Source of the DNA: Schleiferiaceae bacterium
GTDB taxonomy: Bacteria; Bacteroidota; Bacteroidia; Flavobacteriales; Schleiferiaceae
Assembly: GCA_038145075.1 (NCBI GenBank)
Contig: JAYQOY010000001.1
Location: forward strand, 63,464 to 127,463
Direction of reading: 5' to 3'
Length of the DNA stretch: 64,000 nucleotides
Made by a program: the position numbers and the translations under genes. Numbering within the stretch: position 1 is the first letter of the stretch; each line of letters begins with the position of its first letter. Shown in pieces: positions 20,464 through 29,251 of the stretch. Under the pieces are notes generated by a model that was not told where the DNA came from, searched no databases, and saw only the letters and a list, made by a program, of their open reading frames with translations.

Positions 20464-20468
20464 GCCCA

Positions 20469-21980
20469 TTACGAAAAGCGAAGAAAATCCGGATCCTCAA
20501 TGGGGGTGTTCCGGAGGAATTCGGTGGCCGCCTCAATTTCGGTGGCCATCACACGGTCTCCTGAAACGGCAGGAACTTTATCGCGGTAGGCCGCCACGAG
20601 GGAGGCAATGAAAGTTCCAGGATCGCGTTCGGATTGCTCAAGTGCAGAAACAGCAGCGATCCATTCCATGCCGAGGAGGCTCCAAATTCGGCCCAGCACC
20701 TCGTGCACATGCACCCCTGCGATGCTGCCCATGCTGACATGGTCTTCTTGGCCCGCTGAACTGTCAATGCTGTCCGTGCTGCTCGGGTGAGACAGGACTT
20801 TATTGCGGCTCACGAGCGATGCGGCGGAATACTGAACGATCATCAAGCCACTTTCGGTTCCTGGATTCAAGGCCAAGAAGGGCTTGAGGCCGCGCTTGCC
20901 CAGGCAGAGTTGGTTGAGACGGCGTTCGGAAATGCTGCCCCATTCGCACAGTGCCATTTTTCCATAGTCCAATGCCAAGGCCAAGGGCTGTCCGTGAAAA
21001 TTACCGGCCGAAATCACATCCCCGTCCTCCGTAAACACATTGGGATTGTCCGTAACAGCCTCAGCCTCCCGGAGCATCACCTCCGTGACATGTTGCCACA
21101 CGTCGTTGGAAGCGCCATGCACTTGGGGAACACAGCGGAAGGAATAAGGATCTTGAACGTGCTCTTTCACGGGCTGGAAATCCGCACTGTCGTGCAAAAA
21201 GTCGCGAACACGTGCGGCTACCAGGGCCTGGCCCGCGTGGGGGCGTACGCGGTGAATGCGCGGGTCAAAAGGAGCCGAACTGCCATCAAAGCCCATCAGG
21301 GACGCGGCTGCCACGAGGTCCGCCCAGTAGGCAATGCGCTGCGTTTGGATTGCCGCCCATAAACCGTGAGCCAACATAAATTGGGTGCCATTGATGAGGG
21401 CCAATCCTTCTTTGGCACCTAAGGTGATGGGCTTGAGGTTTTTACTCGCCAAAGCCTCCGAACCCGACAGGCGGTAGGTCCCCACCAAGGCTTCCCCCTC
21501 GCCCATGGCTACCAGGGTCATATGGCTCAGCGGCGCCAAATCTCCGGACGCTCCCAAGCTTCCCATGGAAGGGATATTCGGCAAAATATCGTGGTCCAGC
21601 AGCGCATTGATAGCGACAACCGTACTCCATTCCACTGCGGAATAGCCCTGGCAAAGGGCCTTGACCTTGCAGGCCAGCATCAAACGCACGATTTCAGGTT
21701 CCACCAAAGGACCCGTTCCCGCTGCATGGCTCCGAATCAAATTGGCCTGCAGGGCCACCAGTTCATCGTCCGCAATTCGCGTGGTACACAAACTCCCAAA
21801 GCCGGTGTTGATGCCGTACATCGTATCTCCCTTCGCCATGCGGTTGAGCAAGGCTTGGCGGTTGGCAGTCACTCGCGCTTGACTGTCGGAATCCAAGACG
21901 ATATGTGCTTTTCCGAGCGCTAGGGACTCCCAATCGGCTAAGCTCCACGTTTGATGCAGGGAAAGGGTGCTACGTTTCAT
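20469..21980 (-). CDS. hutH: histidine ammonia-lyase
   Basis: It has the MIO-forming triad in GSLGASGDLAPLSH, plus YGINTGFG. The selectivity positions read LQANLIRSHAAG (Ser-His, which is HAL-type). I prefer ATG 21980 because the 22070 extension would overlap the divergent SDR gene. Confidence 0.9.
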   Translation of the reverse strand: MKRSTLSLHQTWSLADWESLALGKAHIVLDSDSQARVTANRQALLNRMAKGDTMYGINTGFGSLCTTRIADDELVALQANLIRSHAAGTGPLVEPEIVRLMLACKVKALCQGYSAVEWSTVVAINALLDHDILPNIPSMGSLGASGDLAPLSHMTLVAMGEGEALVGTYRLSGSEALASKNLKPITLGAKEGLALINGTQFMLAHGLWAAIQTQRIAYWADLVAAASLMGFDGSSAPFDPRIHRVRPHAGQALVAARVRDFLHDSADFQPVKEHVQDPYSFRCVPQVHGASNDVWQHVTEVMLREAEAVTDNPNVFTEDGDVISAGNFHGQPLALALDYGKMALCEWGSISERRLNQLCLGKRGLKPFLALNPGTESGLMIVQYSAASLVSRNKVLSHPSSTDSIDSSAGQEDHVSMGSIAGVHVHEVLGRIWSLLGMEWIAAVSALEQSERDPGTFIASLVAAYRDKVPAVSGDRVMATEIEAATEFLRNTPIEDPDFLRFS

Positions 21981-22004
21981 TCGACTTTGGTCTAAGGGTT
22001 TCAA

Positions 22005-22012
22005 CAAAAGTA
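22005..22012 (-). promoter_or_regulatory. candidate -7 promoter box TACTTTTG for hutH
   Basis: The reverse complement of caaaagta matches TAnnTTTG, 24 nt upstream of the hutH ATG at 21980. Confidence 0.45.
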
Positions 22013-22034
22013 CGCTGTGCGTGTTAGGTGAAGC

Positions 22035-22718
22035 ATGCAGCATCCCATATTGATTATTGGGCACCGCCAAGGTATTGGCAAGGCCCTCACGGAACGTTTA
22101 CTTTCCCAAGGTCACAGCGTCATCGGCGTCAGCCGTAGCGCCTCTGAGCTGGACCATGTGGGACTTACCTCCTTGGAGAAAGACGTGCGCGAACTTACCG
22201 CCGACGATTTGCCCCAAGCGCTTTCGGGCCTCGTGTATGCCCCCGGCAGCATCAACCTCAAGCCCTTTAAGAGTCTCAAAGAGCAGGACTTCTTGGACGA
22301 CTTCTCCATCAATGCGCTGGGCGCTGTTCATGCCTGCCAGGTAGCCGAAAAAGCCCTGAAGGAAGGCAAGGGTTCGGTGCTCTTTTTTAGCACCGTGGCC
22401 GTAGGGCAAGGCATGCCCTTTCATGCCTCTATTGCCATGGCCAAAGGGGCTATTGAAGGGTTGACGCGAAGTTTGGCGGCCGAATGGGCTCCCCATGTGC
22501 GCGTGAACGCCCTTGCTCCTTCCCTTACGGATACGCCTCTAGCAAGCAAACTCCTAGGGAATGAAGCACGTGCCCAAGCCGCCGCTGAGCGCCACCCCTT
22601 GAAGCAGGTAGGGCGTCCCGAAGACATTGCCGCATTGGCCGCCACCCTCCTACAGTCCCCTTGGATGAGCGGCGAGGTCGTGGGCATCAACGGAGGTATG
22701 GGCCGACTCCGGGTATGA
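22035..22718 (+). CDS. atypical short-chain dehydrogenase/reductase family protein
   Basis: 227 aa. The cofactor motif is IIGHRQGIGKAL (GxxxGxG). The C-terminal half is SDR-like (VRVNALAPSLTDTPL, SGEVVGINGG). Where YxxxK is expected the sequence reads IAMAK. Confidence 0.75.
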   Translation: MQHPILIIGHRQGIGKALTERLLSQGHSVIGVSRSASELDHVGLTSLEKDVRELTADDLPQALSGLVYAPGSINLKPFKSLKEQDFLDDFSINALGAVHACQVAEKALKEGKGSVLFFSTVAVGQGMPFHASIAMAKGAIEGLTRSLAAEWAPHVRVNALAPSLTDTPLASKLLGNEARAQAAAERHPLKQVGRPEDIAALAATLLQSPWMSGEVVGINGGMGRLRV

Positions 22719-23308
22719 GGACCGTTCATCGACCCGAACACTGGGCCGCCTGGGATGACCGCTACCGCGCCACCTTTTTCAACTCCCTCTATGGCGGCCG
22801 CTTGGTGGCCATGCTCTGCACGGAAACCGAGCACGGCGTCAATGTCTGCCCGGTGTCCCAAATCGTCCACGTGGGCGCTACACCGGCCAGTGTAGGCATC
22901 TTGCTACGCCCTGCGAGCGAGCGACACCAAACCCGCGCCAACATAGAGGCGGGCGCACCGCTCAGCTTGCATTGGCTGCCGAGCAAGGAAGCTCAAAATG
23001 CCCACCAATGCAGCGCCGCTTATCCCCAAACAGCCTCCGAAGTGGACGCGGTCGGTTGGACCTTTCAACCCTCACCCACCTCGCGATTAGAGGAAGCATG
23101 TATCTCCGCCCACCTCACCTGGAAAGAGACGCACCATCTCTTCAATGGCACGTCCCTCTACGTCTTTCACATCACGGAAATTCAGGCCCAAGGCCATCCG
23201 GACGAAGAAGGATTTTGGGACTTCCACGGCCAGCTCTTGCATAGCCAAGGCCTGGATCGCTATGGACATTTTAAAGTCAGCACGAAGGAACCCTATGCCC
23301 GCCCCTAA
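22715..23308 (+). CDS. flavin reductase-like (FMN-binding split-barrel) family protein
   Basis: 197 aa. The N-terminal [25 protein letters not shown] ... [20 protein letters not shown] resembles the Bacteroidota flavin reductase family as I recall it. The start overlaps the SDR stop (ATGA). Confidence 0.55.
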   Translation: MRTVHRPEHWAAWDDRYRATFFNSLYGGRLVAMLCTETEHGVNVCPVSQIVHVGATPASVGILLRPASERHQTRANIEAGAPLSLHWLPSKEAQNAHQCSAAYPQTASEVDAVGWTFQPSPTSRLEEACISAHLTWKETHHLFNGTSLYVFHITEIQAQGHPDEEGFWDFHGQLLHSQGLDRYGHFKVSTKEPYARP

Positions 23309-23450
23309 ACGCATTCAAAAGGCCCACCTGCCGACCAAAGACTGCATCGTCTGCGGACGCCCTTTCACGTGGAGAAAAAAATGGGAACGCGATTGGGAGA
23401 ACGTGAAATACTGTTCGGAGCGCTGTTCCCGTCAAAAATCGACCACATGA
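23295..23450 (+). CDS. DUF2256 small zinc-ribbon-like protein
   Basis: 51 aa ([51 protein letters not shown]) with a CxxC...CxxxC pattern. This family is typically found next to photolyase genes. It overlaps the upstream gene by 14 nt and the downstream gene via ATGA. Confidence 0.7.
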   Translation: MPAPKRIQKAHLPTKDCIVCGRPFTWRKKWERDWENVKYCSERCSRQKSTT

Positions 23451-24949
23451 TCGGCCGTTTGATCTTAGGGGACCAGCTCAATCCACAGCATAGCTGGTTT
23501 AGTCAAGCCGAACCTGACAAGGTGTGCTACTATTTGGTGGAGGCCTTTGAGGAGCTCACCTACGCGCCCCACCACCGGCAAAAGATGCTAGGATTCTTGG
23601 GGGCGATGCGTGCGTTTGCGGACCACCTGCGCGCGCAGGGGCATTCGGTGCGTTATCTGAGCTTGAAGGACCGAATTCAAGACATCCCCGCCTTCCTCCA
23701 ATCCGAAAAAAACGCCGGCCATGTGACCGCATGGGAAGCCCAAGAACCAGACGAATACCGTTTGGATCAAGCCCTTCGGCCGATCGTGGATCGGATAGTC
23801 TCTTCCGAGCACTTTCTCACGGAACGCCCCGACGTTGCCACGCATTTTGCTGGCAAGAAAACCTACCTGATGGAATCCTTCTACCGGATGATGCGCAAGA
23901 AAACAGGCATTTTGATGGAAGGAGATCAGCCCGTTGGGGGCCAATGGAACTATGATGCCGATAACCGCCAGGCATGGCCCAAAGGCCACCAAGCCCCTCC
24001 TATCCCCTTCTTTAGCCACGATTTAAGCGACTTGGACCGGGAATTGGACGAAGCAGGCCTGCCGCGCTGGGGGGACTCCAGAGCCGCGGCCTTCCCTTGG
24101 CCCTTGAATCGAGAAGAAGCCCTTCAGGTGCTCGATGCTTTTGTGGCAGACCGACTCGTGCATTTTGGCGCGTACCAGGATGCCTTGGTGGACCATGCGC
24201 CCTTCCTCTACCATTCGTTGCTCAGCTTTGCGCTGAATACTAAAATGCTGCAGCCCTTAGAGGTCATTCAGGCCGCAGAGGACGCCTACCGAAGGGGTCA
24301 GGCTCCTTTAAATTCGGTAGAAGGATTTATCCGCCAAATTTTAGGCTGGCGCGAGTTTGTGCGCGGCATTTATTGGGCCGAAATGCCCGAGTATGGCCAC
24401 CTGAACTTCTTCCAGCACGAAAAGCCGCTTCCCTCCTGGTTTTACACGGGCCAAACCTCCATGCGCTGCGTGGCCCAAGCCATCCAACAAAGTCTTTCGA
24501 ACGCCTACGCCCACCATATTCAACGCTTGATGGTGACGGGCAATTTGGCTTTGCTTTTGGGTAGTCATCCAAACGAAGTAGATCAATGGTATCTAGGCAT
24601 TTACATAGATGCACTTGAATGGGTAGAACAACCTAATACGCGCGGAATGAGCCAATATGCGGATGGCGGCAAACTGGGAAGTAAACCCTATGTTTCGAGC
24701 GGAGCTTACCTCCACAAGATGTCCAACCATTGTGCATCGTGTCGCTACAAGGTCCGTGAAAAGACGGGTCCTGACGCCTGCCCCTTCAATGCCTTGTATT
24801 GGGACTTTCACGACCGCCACCGGGACAAGTTGGAGAAAAACCCACGCATTGGCATGGTATACCGAACCTGGGACCGCATGGGGACCGCTCAACAAACGGC
24901 ACTACTCGAACGTGCACAATGGATACACGAAAACGTCGAAGACCTATGA
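23447..24949 (+). CDS. cryptochrome/photolyase family protein, Fe-S bacterial (6-4)-photolyase class (FeS-BCP / CryPro, COG3046)
   Basis: 500 aa with a photolyase-related N-terminus (LILGDQLN). It has four Cys spaced C-x87-C-x2-C-x12-C (MRC ... HCASC ... DACPF). As I recall, that spacing matches the 4Fe-4S ligands of Agrobacterium PhrB. Confidence 0.8.
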   Translation: MIGRLILGDQLNPQHSWFSQAEPDKVCYYLVEAFEELTYAPHHRQKMLGFLGAMRAFADHLRAQGHSVRYLSLKDRIQDIPAFLQSEKNAGHVTAWEAQEPDEYRLDQALRPIVDRIVSSEHFLTERPDVATHFAGKKTYLMESFYRMMRKKTGILMEGDQPVGGQWNYDADNRQAWPKGHQAPPIPFFSHDLSDLDRELDEAGLPRWGDSRAAAFPWPLNREEALQVLDAFVADRLVHFGAYQDALVDHAPFLYHSLLSFALNTKMLQPLEVIQAAEDAYRRGQAPLNSVEGFIRQILGWREFVRGIYWAEMPEYGHLNFFQHEKPLPSWFYTGQTSMRCVAQAIQQSLSNAYAHHIQRLMVTGNLALLLGSHPNEVDQWYLGIYIDALEWVEQPNTRGMSQYADGGKLGSKPYVSSGAYLHKMSNHCASCRYKVREKTGPDACPFNALYWDFHDRHRDKLEKNPRIGMVYRTWDRMGTAQQTALLERAQWIHENVEDL

Positions 24950-26163
24950 CCGCATATTGGTGGATTCGGGACGATATGCGGCTGCACAACCATCCTACCC
25001 TGAAGGCCGCACTTACTTGGCGGGAAGAAACCGGTGCAACCCTTCGGGCCGTCTATGTCCAAGGCCCCACTGCCCCTGCACGGTTTAGCGAGTATCCTGA
25101 TCCGGTCCCGCGCAGTTCCCCAGTCAAGGAGGCCTACCAGCAAGCGAGCTTGGAGGCCCTCACGGCTGGTCTCAAACAGCTAGATGTGGAAGTTGAGATC
25201 ACCGCACAATCCCTAGAAGCCTGGTTGACAGACCGCCAGCCCGATACCGTTTTCTTCACCTTTGGCGCCGCCTGGGAGGAACGTGAAGCGGAACGTATAC
25301 TTAGCTCTTCCGGGGTGCCCGCACGGGGATACCACAGCCGAACCCTTCTCCGCCCTCAGGAAGCGTTTCAGCCAGACCTGCCGTCCACCTATACCCCATT
25401 CCGAAAGCGTGTCGAAAGCCTTCTCGGCGACGTCCCCTTCCCGGGCATCCAACCCTTTGAAGGATGTGCCAATCTCATCCAGCCCTTCAGCGCCATGGAA
25501 GAAGAAGCACGTGCACACCTGTACGCCTATGTCGCTGCAGAGGGTCCCGGACGCCGCTATAAGACCACCAGAAACGGCATGCTTGACGCCCAAGACTCCA
25601 CCAAACTTTCCGCCTATCTAAGCAGAGGGTTGCTCCACCCCAAAGAGGTATGGAACCGCTGTTTAGAGGTGGAGAACGCTGTGGGGGGCTGCGAGGAAAT
25701 CTACTGGATTCGCTTTGAATTGCTGTGGCGCGAGTATTTCCAGTGGGTGGCCTATGAAGCGGGCGCCAAACTCTTTCAAGCTAGGGGCCTGAAACGCGAG
25801 GCATCGCCTGAATCGCGCATGGGCAGTCGGAAAGCCTTTGAGCTCTGGACGGAAGGAAGAACGGGTGACGCCTTGGTTGACGCGGCTATGCGTGAATTGA
25901 AGACCACAGGCTACCAAAGCAACCGGGCCCGACAGAATGCAGCCTCCTACTGGATTCACGACTTAAAGCAGCCTTGGCGAGTGGGAGCCGCCTACTTTGA
26001 GGCTATGCTGGTGGACTACGATGCGGCCTCCAATTGGGGCAATTGGGCCTATATCGCGGGAGTTGGGAACGATCCTCGCCCCTTCCGAAAATTCAACACC
26101 CATAAGCAAGCGGAACAGTACGATCCAGACGGATCCTACAGGGCGGCTTGGTCGTCTCAGTAA
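24946..26163 (+). CDS. cryptochrome/photolyase family protein, DASH-like
   Basis: 405 aa. The N-terminus is YWWIRDDMRLHNHP. The FAD-binding region includes TKLSAYLSRGLL, ELLWREYF, NRARQNAASYW and NWGNWAYIAG. The start overlaps the upstream stop (ATGA). The DASH subclass call is from recall only. Confidence 0.75.
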   Translation: MTAYWWIRDDMRLHNHPTLKAALTWREETGATLRAVYVQGPTAPARFSEYPDPVPRSSPVKEAYQQASLEALTAGLKQLDVEVEITAQSLEAWLTDRQPDTVFFTFGAAWEEREAERILSSSGVPARGYHSRTLLRPQEAFQPDLPSTYTPFRKRVESLLGDVPFPGIQPFEGCANLIQPFSAMEEEARAHLYAYVAAEGPGRRYKTTRNGMLDAQDSTKLSAYLSRGLLHPKEVWNRCLEVENAVGGCEEIYWIRFELLWREYFQWVAYEAGAKLFQARGLKREASPESRMGSRKAFELWTEGRTGDALVDAAMRELKTTGYQSNRARQNAASYWIHDLKQPWRVGAAYFEAMLVDYDAASNWGNWAYIAGVGNDPRPFRKFNTHKQAEQYDPDGSYRAAWSSQ

Positions 26164-27488
26164 GTAGCTAGACGAGCAGCCAAGTCACTAAATTCCAAAG
26201 CTTCTTGATCTCCAGTAGCCAAATTTTTCAGCTGCGCTTGCCCAGCGGCACGCTCGGCCTCTCCAATCAAGATTACAAAGGGAATTCCCCGTTTTTCAGC
26301 GTAGTCAAATTGCTTTTTAAGCTTAGCCGCTTCCGGATAGAATTCCACACGAAGACCGGACTTACGCAAGCGCAAGGCCAAATCGTAGGCATGGGGCGCA
26401 TCGGATTCAGACAGGGTGAAGACCAATGCTACAGGCGCATTGCTCAAGCTCACTGGCAAGCGTCCTAGCTCCTCCAAACAGAGAATGATACGGTCCAAAC
26501 CAAAGCTAATGCCGACCCCAGAGGTGTCTTTCAAGCCAAAGATGCCGGTCAAATCGTCGTAGCGACCGCCACCCCCTACGCTGCCCATTTGGACTTCGTT
26601 GGCGGTGACCTCCAAGATGCATCCCGTGTAGTAATTCAAGCCTCGAGCCAGCGTAATATCAATGGCAAGTGGGGCTTCCCCTGCATGGTCTAGGACAAAC
26701 TGCAACTCGTTCACTCCTTGCAGGCCTGTTGCGGAAGATGCCAACCACGTGCGCAGAAACGCAAGCGATTCCGCTGCATCCCCAAAGGGCTGCATGGCAG
26801 GTTCCAGCGCGGCCAATTCCGAAGGCGAGAAGCCTTTGCTCTCTAGTTCCGCCAGCACACCCGATTTGCCAACCTTATCCAGCTTGTCCAGCGCCACGGT
26901 GAAGTCAACCAAGCGATCGCCCACCCCACTAACTTCGGCAATGCCAGCCAAAACTTTGCGGTTGTTCAAGCGAATCGTCACAGGAAGCTTGAGCGCCTGA
27001 AAGGCCTGCTGGTACAGGTGAATCAACTCCACTTCTTGCCACAAACTCTTGCTGCCTACCACATCCGCATCGCATTGGTAAAACTCGCGGAAGCGGCCCT
27101 TTTGAGGGTTGTCCGCGCGCCATACGGGCTGCATTTGGTAGCGCTTAAACGGCAAGGCCAACTGACCCGCGTTCTGCACGACATAGCGGGCAAAAGGAAC
27201 GGTTAAGTCGTAGCGGAGCGCCTTGTCGGCCACTTCACTGCCTTTGGGCTGGCTAGGATCTGCGACGGACTTCATAAAGTCTCCCGAACGCAAAATCTTG
27301 AAAATCAAGCGATCCCCTTCTTCCCCGTACTTTCCCATGAGGGTTTCCAGGTTCTCAAAGCTTGGAGTTTCCAGCGGACTGTAGCCAAAGACCTCAAAGG
27401 TGGTCCGCAGCACATGCATGACGTACTGACGTTTGGCTACCTCCTGGGCGGAAAAATCGCGGGTTCCTTTGGCTACGCGGGGCTTCAT
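26157..27488 (-). CDS. hisS: histidine--tRNA ligase
   Basis: 443 aa class II aaRS, with YQMQPVWRADNPQKGRFREFYQCD (HisRS motif 2 region) and GGGRYD. Its 3' end overlaps the convergent cryptochrome gene by 7 nt. Confidence 0.9.
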   Translation of the reverse strand: MKPRVAKGTRDFSAQEVAKRQYVMHVLRTTFEVFGYSPLETPSFENLETLMGKYGEEGDRLIFKILRSGDFMKSVADPSQPKGSEVADKALRYDLTVPFARYVVQNAGQLALPFKRYQMQPVWRADNPQKGRFREFYQCDADVVGSKSLWQEVELIHLYQQAFQALKLPVTIRLNNRKVLAGIAEVSGVGDRLVDFTVALDKLDKVGKSGVLAELESKGFSPSELAALEPAMQPFGDAAESLAFLRTWLASSATGLQGVNELQFVLDHAGEAPLAIDITLARGLNYYTGCILEVTANEVQMGSVGGGGRYDDLTGIFGLKDTSGVGISFGLDRIILCLEELGRLPVSLSNAPVALVFTLSESDAPHAYDLALRLRKSGLRVEFYPEAAKLKKQFDYAEKRGIPFVILIGEAERAAGQAQLKNLATGDQEALEFSDLAARLATY

Positions 27489-29182
27489 TACTTGACGAGT
27501 TTCTTGTATTTAAACTTCTTAGGCTCGGCCGAGGTTCCGCCCAAGCGTTTCTTCTTGTTTTCTTCATAATCGGAGAACGATCCCTCAAAGTAGTACACTT
27601 GAGAGTCCCCCTCAAAGGCCAGAATGTGGGTACAAACACGGTCCAAGAACCACCGGTCGTGCGAAATAATCACTGCACAGCCTGCAAAGTGCTCGAGACC
27701 CTCTTCCAACGCACGCAAGGTATTGATATCCAAATCGTTTGTGGGTTCGTCCAGCAGCAATACGTTTCCGCCTTCTTTCAGGGCCATGGCCAGGTGCAAG
27801 CGGTTTCGCTCTCCCCCGGACAGGATGCCAATCTTTTTCGACTGGTCGCCTCCACTAAAGTTGAAGCGGGCCAAGTAGGCACGGCTGTTCACAATTTGGC
27901 CACCTAGCTCGAATTGCTCTTGACCGTCGCCAATAATCTCGTAGATGGATTTCTCCGGATCCAGCTTGGCATGGCTCTGATCCACATAGGAGATCTTCGC
28001 CGTTTCACCCAAGGAGAATGACCCTCCATCGGGCTGGAGCTGATCCATAATCATGCGGAAGATGGTTGTTTTACCGGCACCGTTCGGACCGATAATGCCG
28101 ACAATACCTGCGGGAGGCAAATTGAAGTTCAAATCTTCATAGAGCAAGCGATCGCCGAAGCCTTTCTTGACATTCTTAGCTTCAATCACATTGCTGCCCA
28201 AACGAGGACCATTGGGAATGAAGATCTCCAGGCGCTGTTCCTTGTCCTTTTGCTCCTCGTTCATCAGCTTGTCGTAGCTGCTCAAACGCGCTTTGGACTT
28301 GGCTTGACGGCCCTTGGGGTTCATGCGCACCCATTCCAGCTCGCGCTCCAGCGTCTTTCTACGCTTGGTGGCCTGCTTTTCTTCCTGCTCCAAACGCTTA
28401 GTCTTCTGATCCAACCACGACGAGTAATTGCCCTTCCAAGGAATACCCTCCCCTCGGTCCAATTCCAAAATCCAGCCCGCCACATTGTCCAAGAAGTAAC
28501 GGTCGTGCGTTACGGCGATAACGGTTCCCTTGTACTGCTGCAAGTGGTGCTCCAACCACAGAATGGACTCTGCGTCCAAGTGGTTGGTCGGTTCGTCCAA
28601 GAGCAAAACGTCGGGATTCTTCAAGAGCAAGCGGCACAAGGCCACACGGCGGCGCTCACCCCCTGACAGCACGCTAATGGGCGTATCGCCTTCGGGGCAT
28701 TGAAGCGCGTCCATGGCGCGAGCCAAAACCGTCTCCAACTCCCAGGCATTGCTAGCGTCGATGCGGTCTTGCAATTCCGCCTGGCGGTTCATCAATTTCT
28801 CCATCTTGTCGGGGTTCTCATACACCTCCGGCAAGCCGAATTGATCGTTGATTTGGTTGTATTCTTCGAGGATGGCTACCGTTTCCGACATGCCTTCCTT
28901 CACAATGTCCATGACGGTTTTGCTCTCATCCAGCTGGGGCTCCTGCTCGAGGTAGCCCACCGTGTACCCCTGTGAAAAGACCACGTCGCCCTGAAAGTTC
29001 TTCTCCACACCGGCAATGATCTTCAGCAAGGTCGACTTACCCGAACCGTTGAGACCAATGATGCCAATTTTTGCGCCGTAGAAGAAGCTCAAATAAATGT
29101 CCTTCAGGATGGCTTTGTTGTTGTTCGGAAGGATCTTGGAGACTCCCGACATGCTAAAGATGATTTTCTTATCGTCTGACAT
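27488..29182 (-). CDS. ettA: ABC-F ATPase, energy-dependent translational throttle protein EttA-like
   Basis: It has two ABC cassettes with Walker A motifs GLNGSGKSTLLK and GPNGAGKTTIFR, and signatures LSGGERRRVAL and LSGGERNRLHL. There are no TM segments. I prefer ATG 29182. Confidence 0.88.
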   Translation of the reverse strand: MSDDKKIIFSMSGVSKILPNNNKAILKDIYLSFFYGAKIGIIGLNGSGKSTLLKIIAGVEKNFQGDVVFSQGYTVGYLEQEPQLDESKTVMDIVKEGMSETVAILEEYNQINDQFGLPEVYENPDKMEKLMNRQAELQDRIDASNAWELETVLARAMDALQCPEGDTPISVLSGGERRRVALCRLLLKNPDVLLLDEPTNHLDAESILWLEHHLQQYKGTVIAVTHDRYFLDNVAGWILELDRGEGIPWKGNYSSWLDQKTKRLEQEEKQATKRRKTLERELEWVRMNPKGRQAKSKARLSSYDKLMNEEQKDKEQRLEIFIPNGPRLGSNVIEAKNVKKGFGDRLLYEDLNFNLPPAGIVGIIGPNGAGKTTIFRMIMDQLQPDGGSFSLGETAKISYVDQSHAKLDPEKSIYEIIGDGQEQFELGGQIVNSRAYLARFNFSGGDQSKKIGILSGGERNRLHLAMALKEGGNVLLLDEPTNDLDINTLRALEEGLEHFAGCAVIISHDRWFLDRVCTHILAFEGDSQVYYFEGSFSDYEENKKKRLGGTSAEPKKFKYKKLVK

Positions 29183-29251
29183 GAATACTGGAATTGAACT
29201 GCAAATATCGGCATTCCTGCGAGGCATGGTTGTTGTAATTTCCCCAACTGC

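Noticed and set aside
20469-21980. The HAL-family gene, considered as a tyrosine or phenylalanine ammonia-lyase. Such an enzyme would act as a flexirubin starter or supply p-coumarate for a photoactive-yellow-protein-type chromophore, given the neighbouring light operon.
   Set aside because: The substrate-selectivity positions read Ser-His (RSHAAG), as in true histidine ammonia-lyases. TAL has His-Leu and PAL has Phe-Leu, as I recall the published switch.
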